From a virus (Duplodnaviria; Caudoviricetes): a stretch of 64,000 nucleotides of DNA. Location of the stretch: the IMG/VR virus record IMGVR_UViG_3300013426_000016, positions 1 through 64,000 of that record; one strand, 5' to 3'. Position numbers and translations under genes: made by a program. Shown piece by piece: positions 28,346-38,567 of the stretch (position 1 is the stretch's first letter; each line of letters starts with the position of its first letter). A model generated the notes under the pieces. That model made no database searches, was not told the DNA's origin, and saw only the letters and a list, made by a program, of their open reading frames with translations.

Positions 28346-28618
28346 ATGAAAACAGAAATAATAGATAAAGTTTTATCTCTTTCTTATAACATAAAACTTT
28401 TAACTTCTATTTTAGAAGAATTAAAGTTTAAACCCAATCCTAATTTTTATTTAAAATTAGATTGGTGTAAAGATACATCTAACGGCTGGAAATCTGTGTT
28501 TCTAGAAAGTGAATATTCTAAAATACTAGATCCTATTATGGATAAATATAGTAAACTCATTAAAGAGGATTTATTAAACCTCTTGGAAAAGAAAAAAGAA
28601 GAACTTAAAAATTTATAA
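28346..28618 (+). CDS. Hypothetical protein
   Basis: Packed ORF. Confidence 0.55.
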   Translation: MKTEIIDKVLSLSYNIKLLTSILEELKFKPNPNFYLKLDWCKDTSNGWKSVFLESEYSKILDPIMDKYSKLIKEDLLNLLEKKKEELKNL

Positions 28619-28620
28619 TT

Positions 28621-28842
28621 ATGGCAGATATAGATCTGCAAGAACCTTATAAAAGTATGTTGGAAGAAGCTTATGAAAAAGAAGCTGAACTTTCAGATGA
28701 AGTTAGAATTCGCTTACTTTGTGTAGCTCTCCCTTATTATATAGAAAAATATGTTTCTCATTTTAAAGCCGCAGAAAAAGCCATTAAATGTGCTGATATA
28801 ATAAAAGAAAAAAGTAATGAGGAAAAATACTTTCCTCTATAG
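28621..28842 (+). CDS. Hypothetical protein
   Basis: Packed ORF. Confidence 0.55.
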   Translation: MADIDLQEPYKSMLEEAYEKEAELSDEVRIRLLCVALPYYIEKYVSHFKAAEKAIKCADIIKEKSNEEKYFPL

Positions 28843-28918
28843 CACATGATATTGTTATATCTATGGGTATAGAAGGTATAATCTTTTTAGCTAAACTTTT
28901 AATAGAAAATAAATAATT

Positions 28919-29200
28919 ATGTCTCTTACACAAATAATTATATTATTAATATGTGTGAGCTTACTTACCCTTCTATTAGGACGGGTTTGGGTATTACTAA
29001 AAGATGATGATGATCCTCTGGGGTTAATTGTGATAGGTTTAACTTTCGTTTGTATAATTTTAATTACTATAAAAACTGTAATTAATTATCCAAAAACTAA
29101 AGTAGAAGAAGAATTTCCTGCTTCAGAATATGAATTAATAACAAAAATAACAATTGTTGATAATCAAACAGATACAACGTATGTTTTAAAACATAAATAG
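28919..29200 (+). CDS. Membrane protein
   Basis: Two TM segments; DTTYV C-terminus. Confidence 0.6.
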   Translation: MSLTQIIILLICVSLLTLLLGRVWVLLKDDDDPLGLIVIGLTFVCIILITIKTVINYPKTKVEEEFPASEYELITKITIVDNQTDTTYVLKHK

Positions 29201-29202
29201 TT

Positions 29203-29394
29203 ATGGCCTGGATTGCAAGAGATTTGGAAAATAATGTTCTTTGTGTTTATGAAGAAAAACCAATACGGAAGGGTATTTCATGGATGCCTGATTTGGATAA
29301 ACTCTGTATCGATATGGTAGAAATGCCTTATAATGCGGATGAAAAACTTATAGGAAAACATCTCACTTGGGAAAATGAACCGGTAGAAATATAG
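29203..29394 (+). CDS. Hypothetical protein (MAWIARD...LTWENEPVE family)
   Basis: Recognisable Bacteroidales phage motif. Confidence 0.65.
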   Translation: MAWIARDLENNVLCVYEEKPIRKGISWMPDLDKLCIDMVEMPYNADEKLIGKHLTWENEPVEI

Positions 29395-29398
29395 TTTT

Positions 29399-29605
29399 AT
29401 GACAGATTGGAAAGCAAAAGACTCACTTATAGAAAAATACTCATCTGCACTTATGGAAGCTGCAAATGATAGTATTGATTGGAATAATGTAAATGAGAAC
29501 TTTGAAGTAAATTTTGATTTTACTGAATATTTAATCAGTTTTGCGGAAGAAATAGAAGCCTTGATTAAAGAAGATATAAAGGAATGTATAAATAATATAA
29601 TTTAA
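29399..29605 (+). CDS. Hypothetical acidic protein
   Basis: Packed ORF. Confidence 0.5.
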   Translation: MTDWKAKDSLIEKYSSALMEAANDSIDWNNVNENFEVNFDFTEYLISFAEEIEALIKEDIKECINNII

Positions 29606-29606
29606 T

Positions 29607-29972
29607 ATGGAACCTTTTAATATTAAAGAATTTACTGAAAATCCTACAAGAAAAGTTGTAACTAGAAATGGTGAGCCCGTGCGTATACAATGTACTAATA
29701 TAGGATTGGAACAAGGTATAGCCGGAGTAATCCAAACTGAAGATGTAAACATTGTAACATCTTGGTATAAAAACGGAAAATGGAAAATAGCAATGGAATC
29801 TGGATATGATCTTTTCTTTGCTCCAACCGGAACTGATATCGGGTATATTAACATATTTAACTTTGGCAATGGAATGGAAGTTTATGGTAAAATATACACT
29901 TCAAAAGAAGAGGCTAAAAATAGTGCATATCCCGATAGCTTCTATATAAAAACAATAAAAATAAAATATTAA
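29607..29972 (+). CDS. 'FSLEEYLKNP' family, copy 3
   Basis: FNIKEFTENPTRKVVTRNGEPVRIQCT...DLFFAP. Confidence 0.7.
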   Translation: MEPFNIKEFTENPTRKVVTRNGEPVRIQCTNIGLEQGIAGVIQTEDVNIVTSWYKNGKWKIAMESGYDLFFAPTGTDIGYINIFNFGNGMEVYGKIYTSKEEAKNSAYPDSFYIKTIKIKY

Positions 29973-29976
29973 AATT

Positions 29977-30234
29977 ATGAAAGTAATATTATGCATATTT
30001 CTGTATTTTATTATAGGAATCTGTATTTTCTGTATCTTTGAAAAGATAGATAGGCATTTAAACTCTTTGGGAAGAGAACCCCGATTTTTTACAATAGAAA
30101 GTAGAGAATATAATATTTGGTATGTAAATAGTTTAAGTCTTTCCATATATGTGATATTTTGGCCAGGAGTAACATTTGTTGCATTAATTTATATGAGTTA
30201 TTTACTTCTAAGAAAACTCTTTAAATTACCATAA
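29977..30234 (+). CDS. Membrane protein
   Basis: Two TM segments, FWP motif. Confidence 0.55.
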   Translation: MKVILCIFLYFIIGICIFCIFEKIDRHLNSLGREPRFFTIESREYNIWYVNSLSLSIYVIFWPGVTFVALIYMSYLLLRKLFKLP

Positions 30235-30579
30235 ATGGAAAAATATATTACAAATGGACCTTTTGGTCATCAACCTGTTTATGTGCTTAAGAATCTTAAT
30301 GATTTTAAAGAATATGAGGAGTATTTAGGAGAAGAGGCTATTAAATGCTTTAATCCTAATTTTTATAGTATCAAAAAGGACTTTAAAGAATACCTTGGTA
30401 CTATCCGAAAACAAGCAAGTTATGACGAAAATGACAAAGAAATAATTACAGAATATCTTGTTATTGGAATAGAGGATAATTATGCTTATGGGGATTGGTA
30501 TTGGATCTTACAAGAAATAAATAACCCAAAAATCATTACCTATGTAAATATTAATGACCAAGAGTTTTATGATAAATAA
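30235..30579 (+). CDS. Hypothetical protein
   Basis: Packed ORF. Confidence 0.55.
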   Translation: MEKYITNGPFGHQPVYVLKNLNDFKEYEEYLGEEAIKCFNPNFYSIKKDFKEYLGTIRKQASYDENDKEIITEYLVIGIEDNYAYGDWYWILQEINNPKIITYVNINDQEFYDK

Positions 30580-30639
30580 TCGATCATTATGAAGATGATG
30601 ATGGATATGATGTGTTCGTGCCAATTAAAAAAATAAGTT

Positions 30640-31032
30640 ATGAAAAAGTTTAGTTTAAAAGAATATCTAGAACATCCCACTTGGAAAATAGTTACAAAAT
30701 CAGGAAAACCTGTACGTATAATTTGCACAGATAGAAAATCTTCAACAGGAGAATGTGTAATAGGGCTAGTAGATGACGCATATACTTGGGAAAAAGAGAT
30801 TGTACTTGGTTGGAAAGAAGATGGTACTTGCGGAAATATCTTTCCTGATTTTGAGTTGTATTTTCTACCAGAGAAACGTGAGGGTTATGTAAATTTTTAT
30901 AAAACTCCAGAGGGAGTAGTTACTGACACTTATGTTTATACAACAGAAGAAAATGCTAAATCTCGTGCTTCAAAGCCTTTTTATTCTTCTAATTATATAG
31001 GTACATATAAAGTAGAGTGGGATGAATATTAA
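30640..31032 (+). CDS. 'FSLEEYLKNP' family, copy 4
   Basis: FSLKEYLEHP..IVTKSGKPVRIICTDRKS...VEWDE. Confidence 0.75.
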   Translation: MKKFSLKEYLEHPTWKIVTKSGKPVRIICTDRKSSTGECVIGLVDDAYTWEKEIVLGWKEDGTCGNIFPDFELYFLPEKREGYVNFYKTPEGVVTDTYVYTTEENAKSRASKPFYSSNYIGTYKVEWDEY

Positions 31033-31273
31033 TGCAGAAAATGCCTGGGCAGACTGGGTAAATAAAGAAAGAAAGAATCTTACTTTACAAAATTATGAAG
31101 ATGAAACTCTTTCACATTGTTCTTTTGAAGCTGGAGTTGAATATATGAGACAAAAAGCTGGAATTAATTTTGAATTAAGTTTACGAAAGCTTAAATCTCG
31201 TTTACCAAAGGAAGCTTGGCAATATTTCTCAGTTACAGAAGAAATGATAAATTTTAATCGAAGTTTAAAATAA
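31022..31273 (+). CDS. Hypothetical protein
   Basis: Packed ORF. Confidence 0.55.
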   Translation: MNINAENAWADWVNKERKNLTLQNYEDETLSHCSFEAGVEYMRQKAGINFELSLRKLKSRLPKEAWQYFSVTEEMINFNRSLK

Positions 31274-31274
31274 T

Positions 31275-31559
31275 ATGTTTACTTTAAAATTTTATTTTAC
31301 TCCTACATATAAAGTAAGATTAACTGAAACAAAATCTCCTACTTTTGAAGAAGTAATGACATTTACTAATACTAATGTTACTCCAGAAGTAACAGGTATT
31401 CGTGCTTCTGGTAAAACTCCAGAAGATGCTTTAAATAAAATTTTTAATTCTTTCTTAAATAGAATAGAAACTCTACAAAAAGAAGAAAATACTCTTAAAG
31501 AAAGAATAGCATATTTAAACTCTATAGATTTTTCTAAAATAGATCTAGAAAATGAGTAG
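31275..31559 (+). CDS. Hypothetical protein
   Basis: Packed ORF with coiled-coil end. Confidence 0.55.
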   Translation: MFTLKFYFTPTYKVRLTETKSPTFEEVMTFTNTNVTPEVTGIRASGKTPEDALNKIFNSFLNRIETLQKEENTLKERIAYLNSIDFSKIDLENE

Positions 31560-31872
31560 ACCATTTAAATGCAAAGAATTTATGGTGGGAGATTGGATTA
31601 CAGATTCCCATTATTATCCTATGCAAGTAGTTACTGTAGGAGAGGATTGGTTAAATGCAGATTTTCCTGGAAATGAAGGTGATGTATGGGAATTTGATGA
31701 TAAAATCAATCCTCCTGCTGCTATTTGGATAACAAAAAATTCACATCTTAGAAATAAATTAAAACCTTATCTTACAATAGATGAATTAGATAAACTAGAA
31801 TATCTACATAGAGCACAACAGCTATTAAGAATTAGAGGTTTATTTAATGTTGCTGATAATTTAAAACTTTAA
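31552..31872 (+). CDS. Hypothetical protein (paralogue of 25016)
   Basis: EFMVGDWI...LH..QQLLR..G...ADNLKL. Confidence 0.6.
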   Translation: MSRPFKCKEFMVGDWITDSHYYPMQVVTVGEDWLNADFPGNEGDVWEFDDKINPPAAIWITKNSHLRNKLKPYLTIDELDKLEYLHRAQQLLRIRGLFNVADNLKL

Positions 31873-31875
31873 AAA

Positions 31876-32196
31876 ATGAAACGCCCAGAGTATTTTGTTT
31901 ATTGCAAATCTTTTCAAGGAAAATTAGAAAAATATGAAGTTCTAAAAGGCTTGTTAACTAAAATAACAGAGGAACATAAGTCTTTTAAAGAAAAAGAACT
32001 TCTTGCTGAGTACATGAAAAGTTATTTTATGTATCGTTATTGGTCTAAGTGTGAATGGGAGTTTATAATTGTAGATTGGCCATATAAAGATAAAGTAGAA
32101 GACTCAAATCCTATAAAAATCGATGTTTGGGATCAAATACAACTGAATTTTTTAGTAATTATCGATTTAGTTTGGAACTATTTAAAAAATAAATAA
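31876..32196 (+). CDS. Hypothetical protein (YWSKCEWE..KIDV..Q family)
   Basis: Conserved-looking phage motif. Confidence 0.6.
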   Translation: MKRPEYFVYCKSFQGKLEKYEVLKGLLTKITEEHKSFKEKELLAEYMKSYFMYRYWSKCEWEFIIVDWPYKDKVEDSNPIKIDVWDQIQLNFLVIIDLVWNYLKNK

Positions 32197-32198
32197 AA

Positions 32199-32513
32199 AT
32201 GAAAAAAGAGACTATAATTGGACTTTTTGTAGCTTCTATTCTTTGTATAAGTCTTGCTATATACTCAGTAATAATAGACGAAAAACAACATAGCTACCAA
32301 CGTCAACAAATAGAACAAAGAGATGCATTTATACAAGAGTATTTAGATTCTCTTTATGTGCTTAAAGACGAGTTTGTTCTTACACCAAGTAATGAAAAAA
32401 CAATTCATGCTTTAGATTCTCTTGGATTAGAGTTTGCCACTAAAACAAGTAAACTAAATTATTATAAGTACGCCCTCGATATAAATTATCTACAAGAAAA
32501 ATTACACAAATAA
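32199..32513 (+). CDS. Membrane-anchored protein
   Basis: N-terminal TM/signal segment. Confidence 0.55.
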   Translation: MKKETIIGLFVASILCISLAIYSVIIDEKQHSYQRQQIEQRDAFIQEYLDSLYVLKDEFVLTPSNEKTIHALDSLGLEFATKTSKLNYYKYALDINYLQEKLHK

Positions 32514-33271
32514 TGGATAAAATTATTATTATTCCAGATGTACATGGAAGAAACTTTTGGAAATCTACACCAAAAGATGCTAACTTAATTTTTCTAGGAG
32601 ATTATTTAGATCCTTACTTAGATGAAGAAGAATTTCAAGAATATGATTCTTATTCAGATCCTAATTTATTTAAAAAGCTTAAAGAAAATCTTTTGGAAAT
32701 AATTCAAGTAAAGAAGGAAAGACCAAATGATGTAATACTTCTTTTAGGAAACCACGATCTTCCGTATATGGACATTGGGGAATTTTGTTGTCGGTATACT
32801 ACAGATTTACAACAAATAAAAGAATACAAATCCATTTTTAATGAGAATAGAGATTTATTTCAACTTTGTTATACTCTGAATACAGAAAAAGAAAAATATC
32901 TTTTTTCTCATGCAGGGATTACAGAGCCTTGGATAAATGAACACCCAGAATTATTTAGTGACATAAAGGAAGAAGATTTGCCTCAATATATTAATAAACT
33001 TTTTAAAGAAAAGGATATCTATCTTTATAGAGCTTTAAATGAAGCTTCTTTTTATAGAGGAGGTTGGACTATAGCAGGTTCTTTAGTTTGGGCAGATCTT
33101 CAAGAAATGGGTAATTTTAATATCTTAAAAGGCTATTATCAAATTATTGGTCACAGTCAACTTAAAAAAGATCCTTATATAGGAGAAGATTTTTGTTGTA
33201 TAGATACAAGAACTTGGTATGATTTAAATGATTTAGAACAACGTATAAATGGAAGAAATAGAAGTAATTAA
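32513..33271 (+). CDS. Calcineurin-like metallophosphoesterase
   Basis: DVHG, GDYLD, GNHD, SHAG, GHS motifs. Confidence 0.9.
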   Translation: MDKIIIIPDVHGRNFWKSTPKDANLIFLGDYLDPYLDEEEFQEYDSYSDPNLFKKLKENLLEIIQVKKERPNDVILLLGNHDLPYMDIGEFCCRYTTDLQQIKEYKSIFNENRDLFQLCYTLNTEKEKYLFSHAGITEPWINEHPELFSDIKEEDLPQYINKLFKEKDIYLYRALNEASFYRGGWTIAGSLVWADLQEMGNFNILKGYYQIIGHSQLKKDPYIGEDFCCIDTRTWYDLNDLEQRINGRNRSN

Positions 33272-33587
33272 AACTCCAAGACAATATCAACTTTATTACG
33301 GAGGTTATACTTATAAATATATAGAAGATAAGTACTTCGAATCTTATACAGGAATTAAACTAAACCCAGGAGAAGTTACAAAAATTCCATTTAAAAAAGG
33401 GTATTGGCTTGTTGACAGAAATGAAAACTGTTTTTTAAGCACTTCTCCTTGGGTGGATGGATGGTTTTATCCAAACCCTATATGCAAAAACATAATTTCA
33501 TATAAACAGAATCTAACTCTTATTAACATTCCTGAAGAAGGTAAGTTGCTCTCTGAGAAAGAACTGGAAAATTTATTTAAATTTTAA
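33249..33587 (+). CDS. Hypothetical protein (tandem paralogue A)
   Basis: Ends E.ELENLFKF like the next gene. Confidence 0.6.
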   Translation: MEEIEVIKTPRQYQLYYGGYTYKYIEDKYFESYTGIKLNPGEVTKIPFKKGYWLVDRNENCFLSTSPWVDGWFYPNPICKNIISYKQNLTLINIPEEGKLLSEKELENLFKF

Positions 33588-33588
33588 A

Positions 33589-33939
33589 ATGGAAGAATAT
33601 TACATCGCTAAAAGAACAACCGGGGATGTATATTTATATACAGAAGGACGTTGTTATGCAGTGCTCAGTGTACGGGAGTTTAAAATTCTTACAAATGTAG
33701 TACTAAAAGAAAATACAGAATATAAATTTCCTATTATAAGAAATAAATATTATGTGGTACATTCTGGAGGTAGTTATTTTATAACAAATACCCCTTATTT
33801 GAATTATATATACTTATATCCACATTCTACAATAACAAGGATCCCATGCAAGTTAATGACAAACCTAAATCTTCCAGAAGCTGTATCTGGTATTACACCA
33901 TTAACAGAAGAAGAAATAGAAAATTTGTTTAAGTTTTAA
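33589..33939 (+). CDS. Hypothetical protein (tandem paralogue B)
   Basis: Ends EEEIENLFKF. Confidence 0.6.
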   Translation: MEEYYIAKRTTGDVYLYTEGRCYAVLSVREFKILTNVVLKENTEYKFPIIRNKYYVVHSGGSYFITNTPYLNYIYLYPHSTITRIPCKLMTNLNLPEAVSGITPLTEEEIENLFKF

Positions 33940-34249
33940 ATAAATCACAAATAAATTTGTTTTTAACAAAACAAACATATATCTTTACGTATAAATTTTA
34001 ATTTATATGTCTAAAAATCTCATGAATGATCTTGATAAATATCAAGACTCTAAGACTTCAGAACAGTTTAAACGTAAACCAAAGAATCCAAAAAACAAGC
34101 ACGTTAAAACTAAAAAACGTAAAGAGGAAACTTTGGAATACATTGAAGACTGAGAAGACTAACCATTAACTATTTTGAGAGTATAGATTAAAGCGCCTCC
34201 ACGTGGTTATACTTGGGTAACGCTAAACGCTTTTTTAAAAATATTACTT

Positions 34250-34552
34250 ATGAACATATTTAGTAAACTTTTTAAAAAACCTACGCCCAAAGTAGAAACT
34301 CCTCAAAAAGATTTGTCTACACTCAAACAGTTCGATGATGTCTGAATACAAATAAATGATGAAATATATGAGGGATGGGTAGTAAATATAGTTAATGGAG
34401 AAATACAAATAGTTTTTTCAGACAGAGATAATAAATTACAAGATATTTCTTTTATGAAAGACAGACCTTTAAATAGAACTTTCATTAAAGAAAAATATAG
34501 AACCTTATATTTAAATAATCCTAATTATGGAATCGGTTCAAGAAACAGCTAA
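34250..34552 (+). CDS. Hypothetical 100-aa protein, needs TGA=Trp
   Basis: Single in-frame TGA at 34343; frame stays open to TAA 34552. Confidence 0.5.
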
Positions 34553-34739
34553 ACTTTTAATTAAAGTTATAGATAATTACTTTCTTTGTAGAGCAACTAG
34601 AACTCAACTTATAAATGCAAAGAATGCTTTAGAAAATTTATTAAAATAACACACTTTTTACGGTCTTATAGGTTAAAAATGTATTGCGTATCATCTTTAC
34701 TCTATAAGGCCGTATTTTTGTCCTTTAAAATATGTTAAA

Positions 34740-35108
34740 ATGAAAAAGTTTTTTATTATTCTTTTTGCCATAATTCCATTTTTAGGAAATGCACAAACTG
34801 TTTTTTATAAAACCACCGAAGTATCAGTTGCATTAAATGGAAGATGGCAAGAGTGGCAAGAAACAAATGATGTCACTGTAATGATTAATTTCGATGATTG
34901 GATTGTTAAAATTCAAACAGTTGTTCCACAGCAGTATATTTTCTCTTCAGAACCTGTAAATATAGATAAAGAAACCATAGGAAACAAAGCCTTAGATCAA
35001 GATGGCGATCCATGTGTTGTTAAATTAAGAGCAGCAGATGGAGAACCTTTACAGATTTATGTGCTATATGGAAATAATGGTTGGGTATATAATTTAAGAA
35101 AACTATAA
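34740..35108 (+). CDS. Secreted/periplasmic protein
   Basis: Sec signal peptide MKKFFIILFAIIPFLGNA-Q. Confidence 0.7.
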   Translation: MKKFFIILFAIIPFLGNAQTVFYKTTEVSVALNGRWQEWQETNDVTVMINFDDWIVKIQTVVPQQYIFSSEPVNIDKETIGNKALDQDGDPCVVKLRAADGEPLQIYVLYGNNGWVYNLRKL

Positions 35109-35659
35109 TGAATCCTTTTAAATACATTTATAGAGTAATAAAAACTACTTATCTGAATTTAAGATTTCCTTTTCTTTGTTATAGAAATAAAAATGGGAAA
35201 CGTATATGGATTTATCCATATAATTGGTATTGTTGGATTCCCACAGGCTGGAAAAAAGCTTTTGGCATACAAATGTGCAAAGAGATTAAACAGTATCTTA
35301 AAAAGAGTCCTTTTACTATAAATGATATAAAAGAAAAGTTTGGTCGATTGGATATTAATTATACTGGAGGAAATCGAGACATAGATAAAATTCTTATGAA
35401 GTATGAATATATTTCAGAAAGAACATGTATTATTTGTGGAAAACTTGCTACAGGATATACTCCTATAGAAAGTTGGCAGTGTCCTTATTGTGATAATTGT
35501 AAGCCAGAAAATAAACTCTTAATTGAATATGGTATTTCTATAGAAATTAATGAGAAAAAGTATACTTCACAAGATTGGTATGGGTATACAGGAAATATTA
35601 ATCATAGAAACGATAACGCTTATATAAATGAATTTAAACAATATTGTGAACACTTTTAA
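35108..35659 (+). CDS. Hypothetical phage protein (IKEKFG.L...TCIICG family)
   Basis: Conserved motif with CxxC pairs. Confidence 0.7.
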   Translation: MNPFKYIYRVIKTTYLNLRFPFLCYRNKNGKRIWIYPYNWYCWIPTGWKKAFGIQMCKEIKQYLKKSPFTINDIKEKFGRLDINYTGGNRDIDKILMKYEYISERTCIICGKLATGYTPIESWQCPYCDNCKPENKLLIEYGISIEINEKKYTSQDWYGYTGNINHRNDNAYINEFKQYCEHF

Positions 35660-36182
35660 GCATATAAAGAGGATTATTATCCATAAACATTGGGTTCTTT
35701 ATTATGCAAATAAATGTGGAATAACTTGGCAAGGAATTACTCATGATTTAAGTAAGTTTTCTCCAATAGAGTTTTTTGAGAGTATTAAATACTTTGTAGA
35801 AGGAAAGTCTCCAATAGAAGTTGCTAAAGATATAAATGGTTATAGTCTAGCGTGGCAACATCATAAAGGACATAATCCTCATCATTATGAGTATTGGGTG
35901 GACAACCTTGATAAAGGAGGAACTGCGATAAAAATGCCATATAAATACGTTATAGAGCTTATATGTGACTATTTAGCCGCAGGGAAAACATATAATGGAA
36001 AAGATTTTACTTTTGAAAAAGAGTATAATTGGTTCTGTAGAAAGATTTTACTTTCTTCTCCAAAAATGCATCCTAAAACGCTTGTTTACTTGTGTGCAGT
36101 ATTTGAAACTATTGCCAAAGAAAATAGAGTAGATAGAATACTTTTAGATAAAGTTAAAAAAGAAATTGAATATGATGTATAG
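35628..36182 (+). CDS. HD-like phosphohydrolase (DUF5662-like)
   Basis: HDLSKFSP.EF, AWQHHKGHNPHH.EYW, ELICD motifs. Confidence 0.75.
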   Translation: MNLNNIVNTFKHIKRIIIHKHWVLYYANKCGITWQGITHDLSKFSPIEFFESIKYFVEGKSPIEVAKDINGYSLAWQHHKGHNPHHYEYWVDNLDKGGTAIKMPYKYVIELICDYLAAGKTYNGKDFTFEKEYNWFCRKILLSSPKMHPKTLVYLCAVFETIAKENRVDRILLDKVKKEIEYDV

Positions 36183-37167
36183 TTTTGATGAAATAGGACT
36201 TTTACCAAAAACTATTTCTACTATAACTTCTAGAAAAGAAGTAAATCCTTATAAAAATGGAAAACTCCCCATTTTTGTAGCTCCTATGACTTGTTTAATT
36301 GATGCAAATAATATAGGAGTTTTTCAAAATAGTGCTTTTATTCCTATTTATCCCATTTTCTTTACTGAGAATGTAGAAAGAAGATTTGAAATTGCAAATG
36401 GTTCCTGGGTAGCTGTTTCTCTGAAAGAATTTAAAGAATATTTTGTAGAAAACCCTCTTCCAAAAAATAGATTACCCTACAGAATACTAATTGATTGCGC
36501 ACAAGGCCATATGAAAAGTATTTTTACTCTAGCACGTAAAGCAAAGGAATATTATGGTACTAATCTTATTATTATGGCTGGAAATATTGCAAACCCAAAT
36601 GCTTATGATGAGTATTGTAAAGCAGGAATTGATTATGTTCGTGTGGGAATTGGAGGAGGAAGTGGTTGTCTAAGTTCCGTTTTAACAGGAATACACGCAT
36701 CTTTGCCTTATTTGCTCACCGAAATAATTAAAAGAAAAATAGATATTTTGACACAAATTTCTTTGCTTACTGAAAAGAGTAAAGAGTATCTATGTCTTAC
36801 TAGGATTGTAGCAGATGGTGGAGTAAATAATATTTCTAAAATTATGAAATCTCTTGCTTTAGGTGCAGATTATGTAATGATGGGAAGTATGTTTGCTAAT
36901 TGTGAAGAAATACGTCTTAAAGGTTTGTATTATGGACAAGCTTCAGAATCAGGACAAATAGATCGTTTTGGAAAGATTGTTAATGAACCAGAAGGATGTA
37001 GTCGAAACTATATACCAACTACAGATTTAGCAACTCTTGCAAAGAAAATAGAAGATATTTTACGCTCTACTATGTCTTATGCTGGAGCTAAAACTCTTAA
37101 TGATTTTATAGGAAAAGTTAGATATGAAATACAAACTATAAATGAGTTTAATAGTTATAATAAATAA
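36166..37167 (+). CDS. IMP dehydrogenase / GMP reductase family protein
   Basis: IDCAQGH, MAGNIA, VRVGIGGGSGC, IVADGG, ALGADYVMMGS, YYGQAS, LRSTMSY.GA. Confidence 0.85.
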   Translation: MNMMYSFDEIGLLPKTISTITSRKEVNPYKNGKLPIFVAPMTCLIDANNIGVFQNSAFIPIYPIFFTENVERRFEIANGSWVAVSLKEFKEYFVENPLPKNRLPYRILIDCAQGHMKSIFTLARKAKEYYGTNLIIMAGNIANPNAYDEYCKAGIDYVRVGIGGGSGCLSSVLTGIHASLPYLLTEIIKRKIDILTQISLLTEKSKEYLCLTRIVADGGVNNISKIMKSLALGADYVMMGSMFANCEEIRLKGLYYGQASESGQIDRFGKIVNEPEGCSRNYIPTTDLATLAKKIEDILRSTMSYAGAKTLNDFIGKVRYEIQTINEFNSYNK

Positions 37168-37179
37168 TCTTAGGTAATA

Positions 37180-38466
37180 ATGACTGAATCTGAATATCTT
37201 TTACTTAGAGAAAAATATTTTTGTCCAGAGTATTATGAAAAACTCATTATCGATACAAGAGAATTTCCTAAAAAGATTATAGTTATAGATGCAACGAGAA
37301 TTACATCGAAATTCGATTACCACTTTTATATTACAGAAATTACAAAAGAGGCTCTTATTAATTATATATATACTGATGAACTTAAAATTTGTACGGAATG
37401 GCTTGGATCTGTTCTTTTGAAAGAATCAAATATTGTTTTCTTAGGAGATACATATTCTAATATATTTCAGTTTTTTATTAGTTATAGCCAATGCTTTTCG
37501 AAGATATGGGTTTATGTCCAATATATGAACTATGTCTATGATCCTGTATTTTTCGATTTGTTAGCAGCACTTAAACAATATAATATACCAATAAGAGGTC
37601 TTATTGAAATATTATTAACTTCAAATCACAGAAAACTTGTTTCTTCTAATAGATTAATACAAGACAATTTTGGTGTTAAAATCCCAACATTACGTGTATT
37701 AATTTCATTATTAGAAAAAAATCTTGCCGGTGATTTAGTAGGTAGTTTTACTGCGGTAAAATCTTTATTTAGTTGTTCAGATAAACAAGCTTGCGAATAC
37801 ATAGACCTCATTAAATGGGAGGATAAAGAAAGAATTAATAAAAATCTCCTTTCTAAGGAAAGTAAAAAGGAATTGCGAAGATATTATAATTATTTACATA
37901 CAATAAAAACTTTTAAACCTGAACTTGTGAGTATGTATCTCGATTACATCATGTTTAGAGATAGTATTGTAAATCACAATATTTCAAATTTTCCTAAGTA
38001 TCCAAAGGACGTAAATAAGTTAGCCTCTTTGCATGATAAAGTTTTTGAAATTTTTAGAGAAGAGAAAGTTTATAGAGAAAAGAATTTATTATCTACAATG
38101 CAAATATCTTATGAAGCTTTTTACAAAAAGGCAAAAATGTTTGAATTTTCTGATTCAGAATATAGTATAATTGCTGTAAAAGATTTAAAAGATTTAATAA
38201 CAGAAGGAAAAGAGTTACATCATTGTGTAAGTTCTTATATTGAATCTGTAGGAAAAGGGAAGGAATATATTTTATTTTTAAGACAAACTCCAAATTTGGA
38301 AACACCTTATTTTACTATCGACATTACCCCAAACGGAAAAGTGAGACAAATACATGGATATTGTAATTGTGATATTACAGATGAAATACTTCCGTTTGTA
38401 AAAAAATGGGCAACTAAGTTTAATTTGGACATTTCAAACTTTTCTAAAGTTTGTATCCATCTTTAA
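37180..38466 (+). CDS. PcfJ-like domain protein
   Basis: L..LHD, L..EGKELHHCVSSY, ILFLR...PYFTI...QIHG..N. Confidence 0.75.
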   Translation: MTESEYLLLREKYFCPEYYEKLIIDTREFPKKIIVIDATRITSKFDYHFYITEITKEALINYIYTDELKICTEWLGSVLLKESNIVFLGDTYSNIFQFFISYSQCFSKIWVYVQYMNYVYDPVFFDLLAALKQYNIPIRGLIEILLTSNHRKLVSSNRLIQDNFGVKIPTLRVLISLLEKNLAGDLVGSFTAVKSLFSCSDKQACEYIDLIKWEDKERINKNLLSKESKKELRRYYNYLHTIKTFKPELVSMYLDYIMFRDSIVNHNISNFPKYPKDVNKLASLHDKVFEIFREEKVYREKNLLSTMQISYEAFYKKAKMFEFSDSEYSIIAVKDLKDLITEGKELHHCVSSYIESVGKGKEYILFLRQTPNLETPYFTIDITPNGKVRQIHGYCNCDITDEILPFVKKWATKFNLDISNFSKVCIHL

Positions 38467-38493
38467 TAGCTATTTTATATAGCTATTTTATAA

Positions 38494-38567
38494 GGACATT
38501 TAGTTTAATGGTTAAAAAACAAAGATCTTCAAAATCTTAGATAACTGTTCGATTCGGTTAATGTCCG
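38494..38567 (+). tRNA. Opal suppressor tRNA, anticodon TCA (inferred tRNA-Trp(UCA))
   Basis: Full cloverleaf: GGACATT/AATGTCC acceptor, GTTT/AAAC D-arm, AAGAT-CTTCAAA-ATCTT anticodon arm, short variable loop, AACTG-TTCGATT-CGGTT T-arm, G discriminator; no encoded CCA. Confidence 0.92.

Noticed and set aside
34188-34240. Structured intergenic segment as a riboswitch
   Set aside because: Only a short AAAGCG/CGCTTT stem plus T-run; no aptamer consensus recognised; could be a simple terminator
38494-38567. tRNA-Sec (also anticodon TCA)
   Set aside because: Short variable loop and 7-bp acceptor stem; TGAs align to Trp, not Cys
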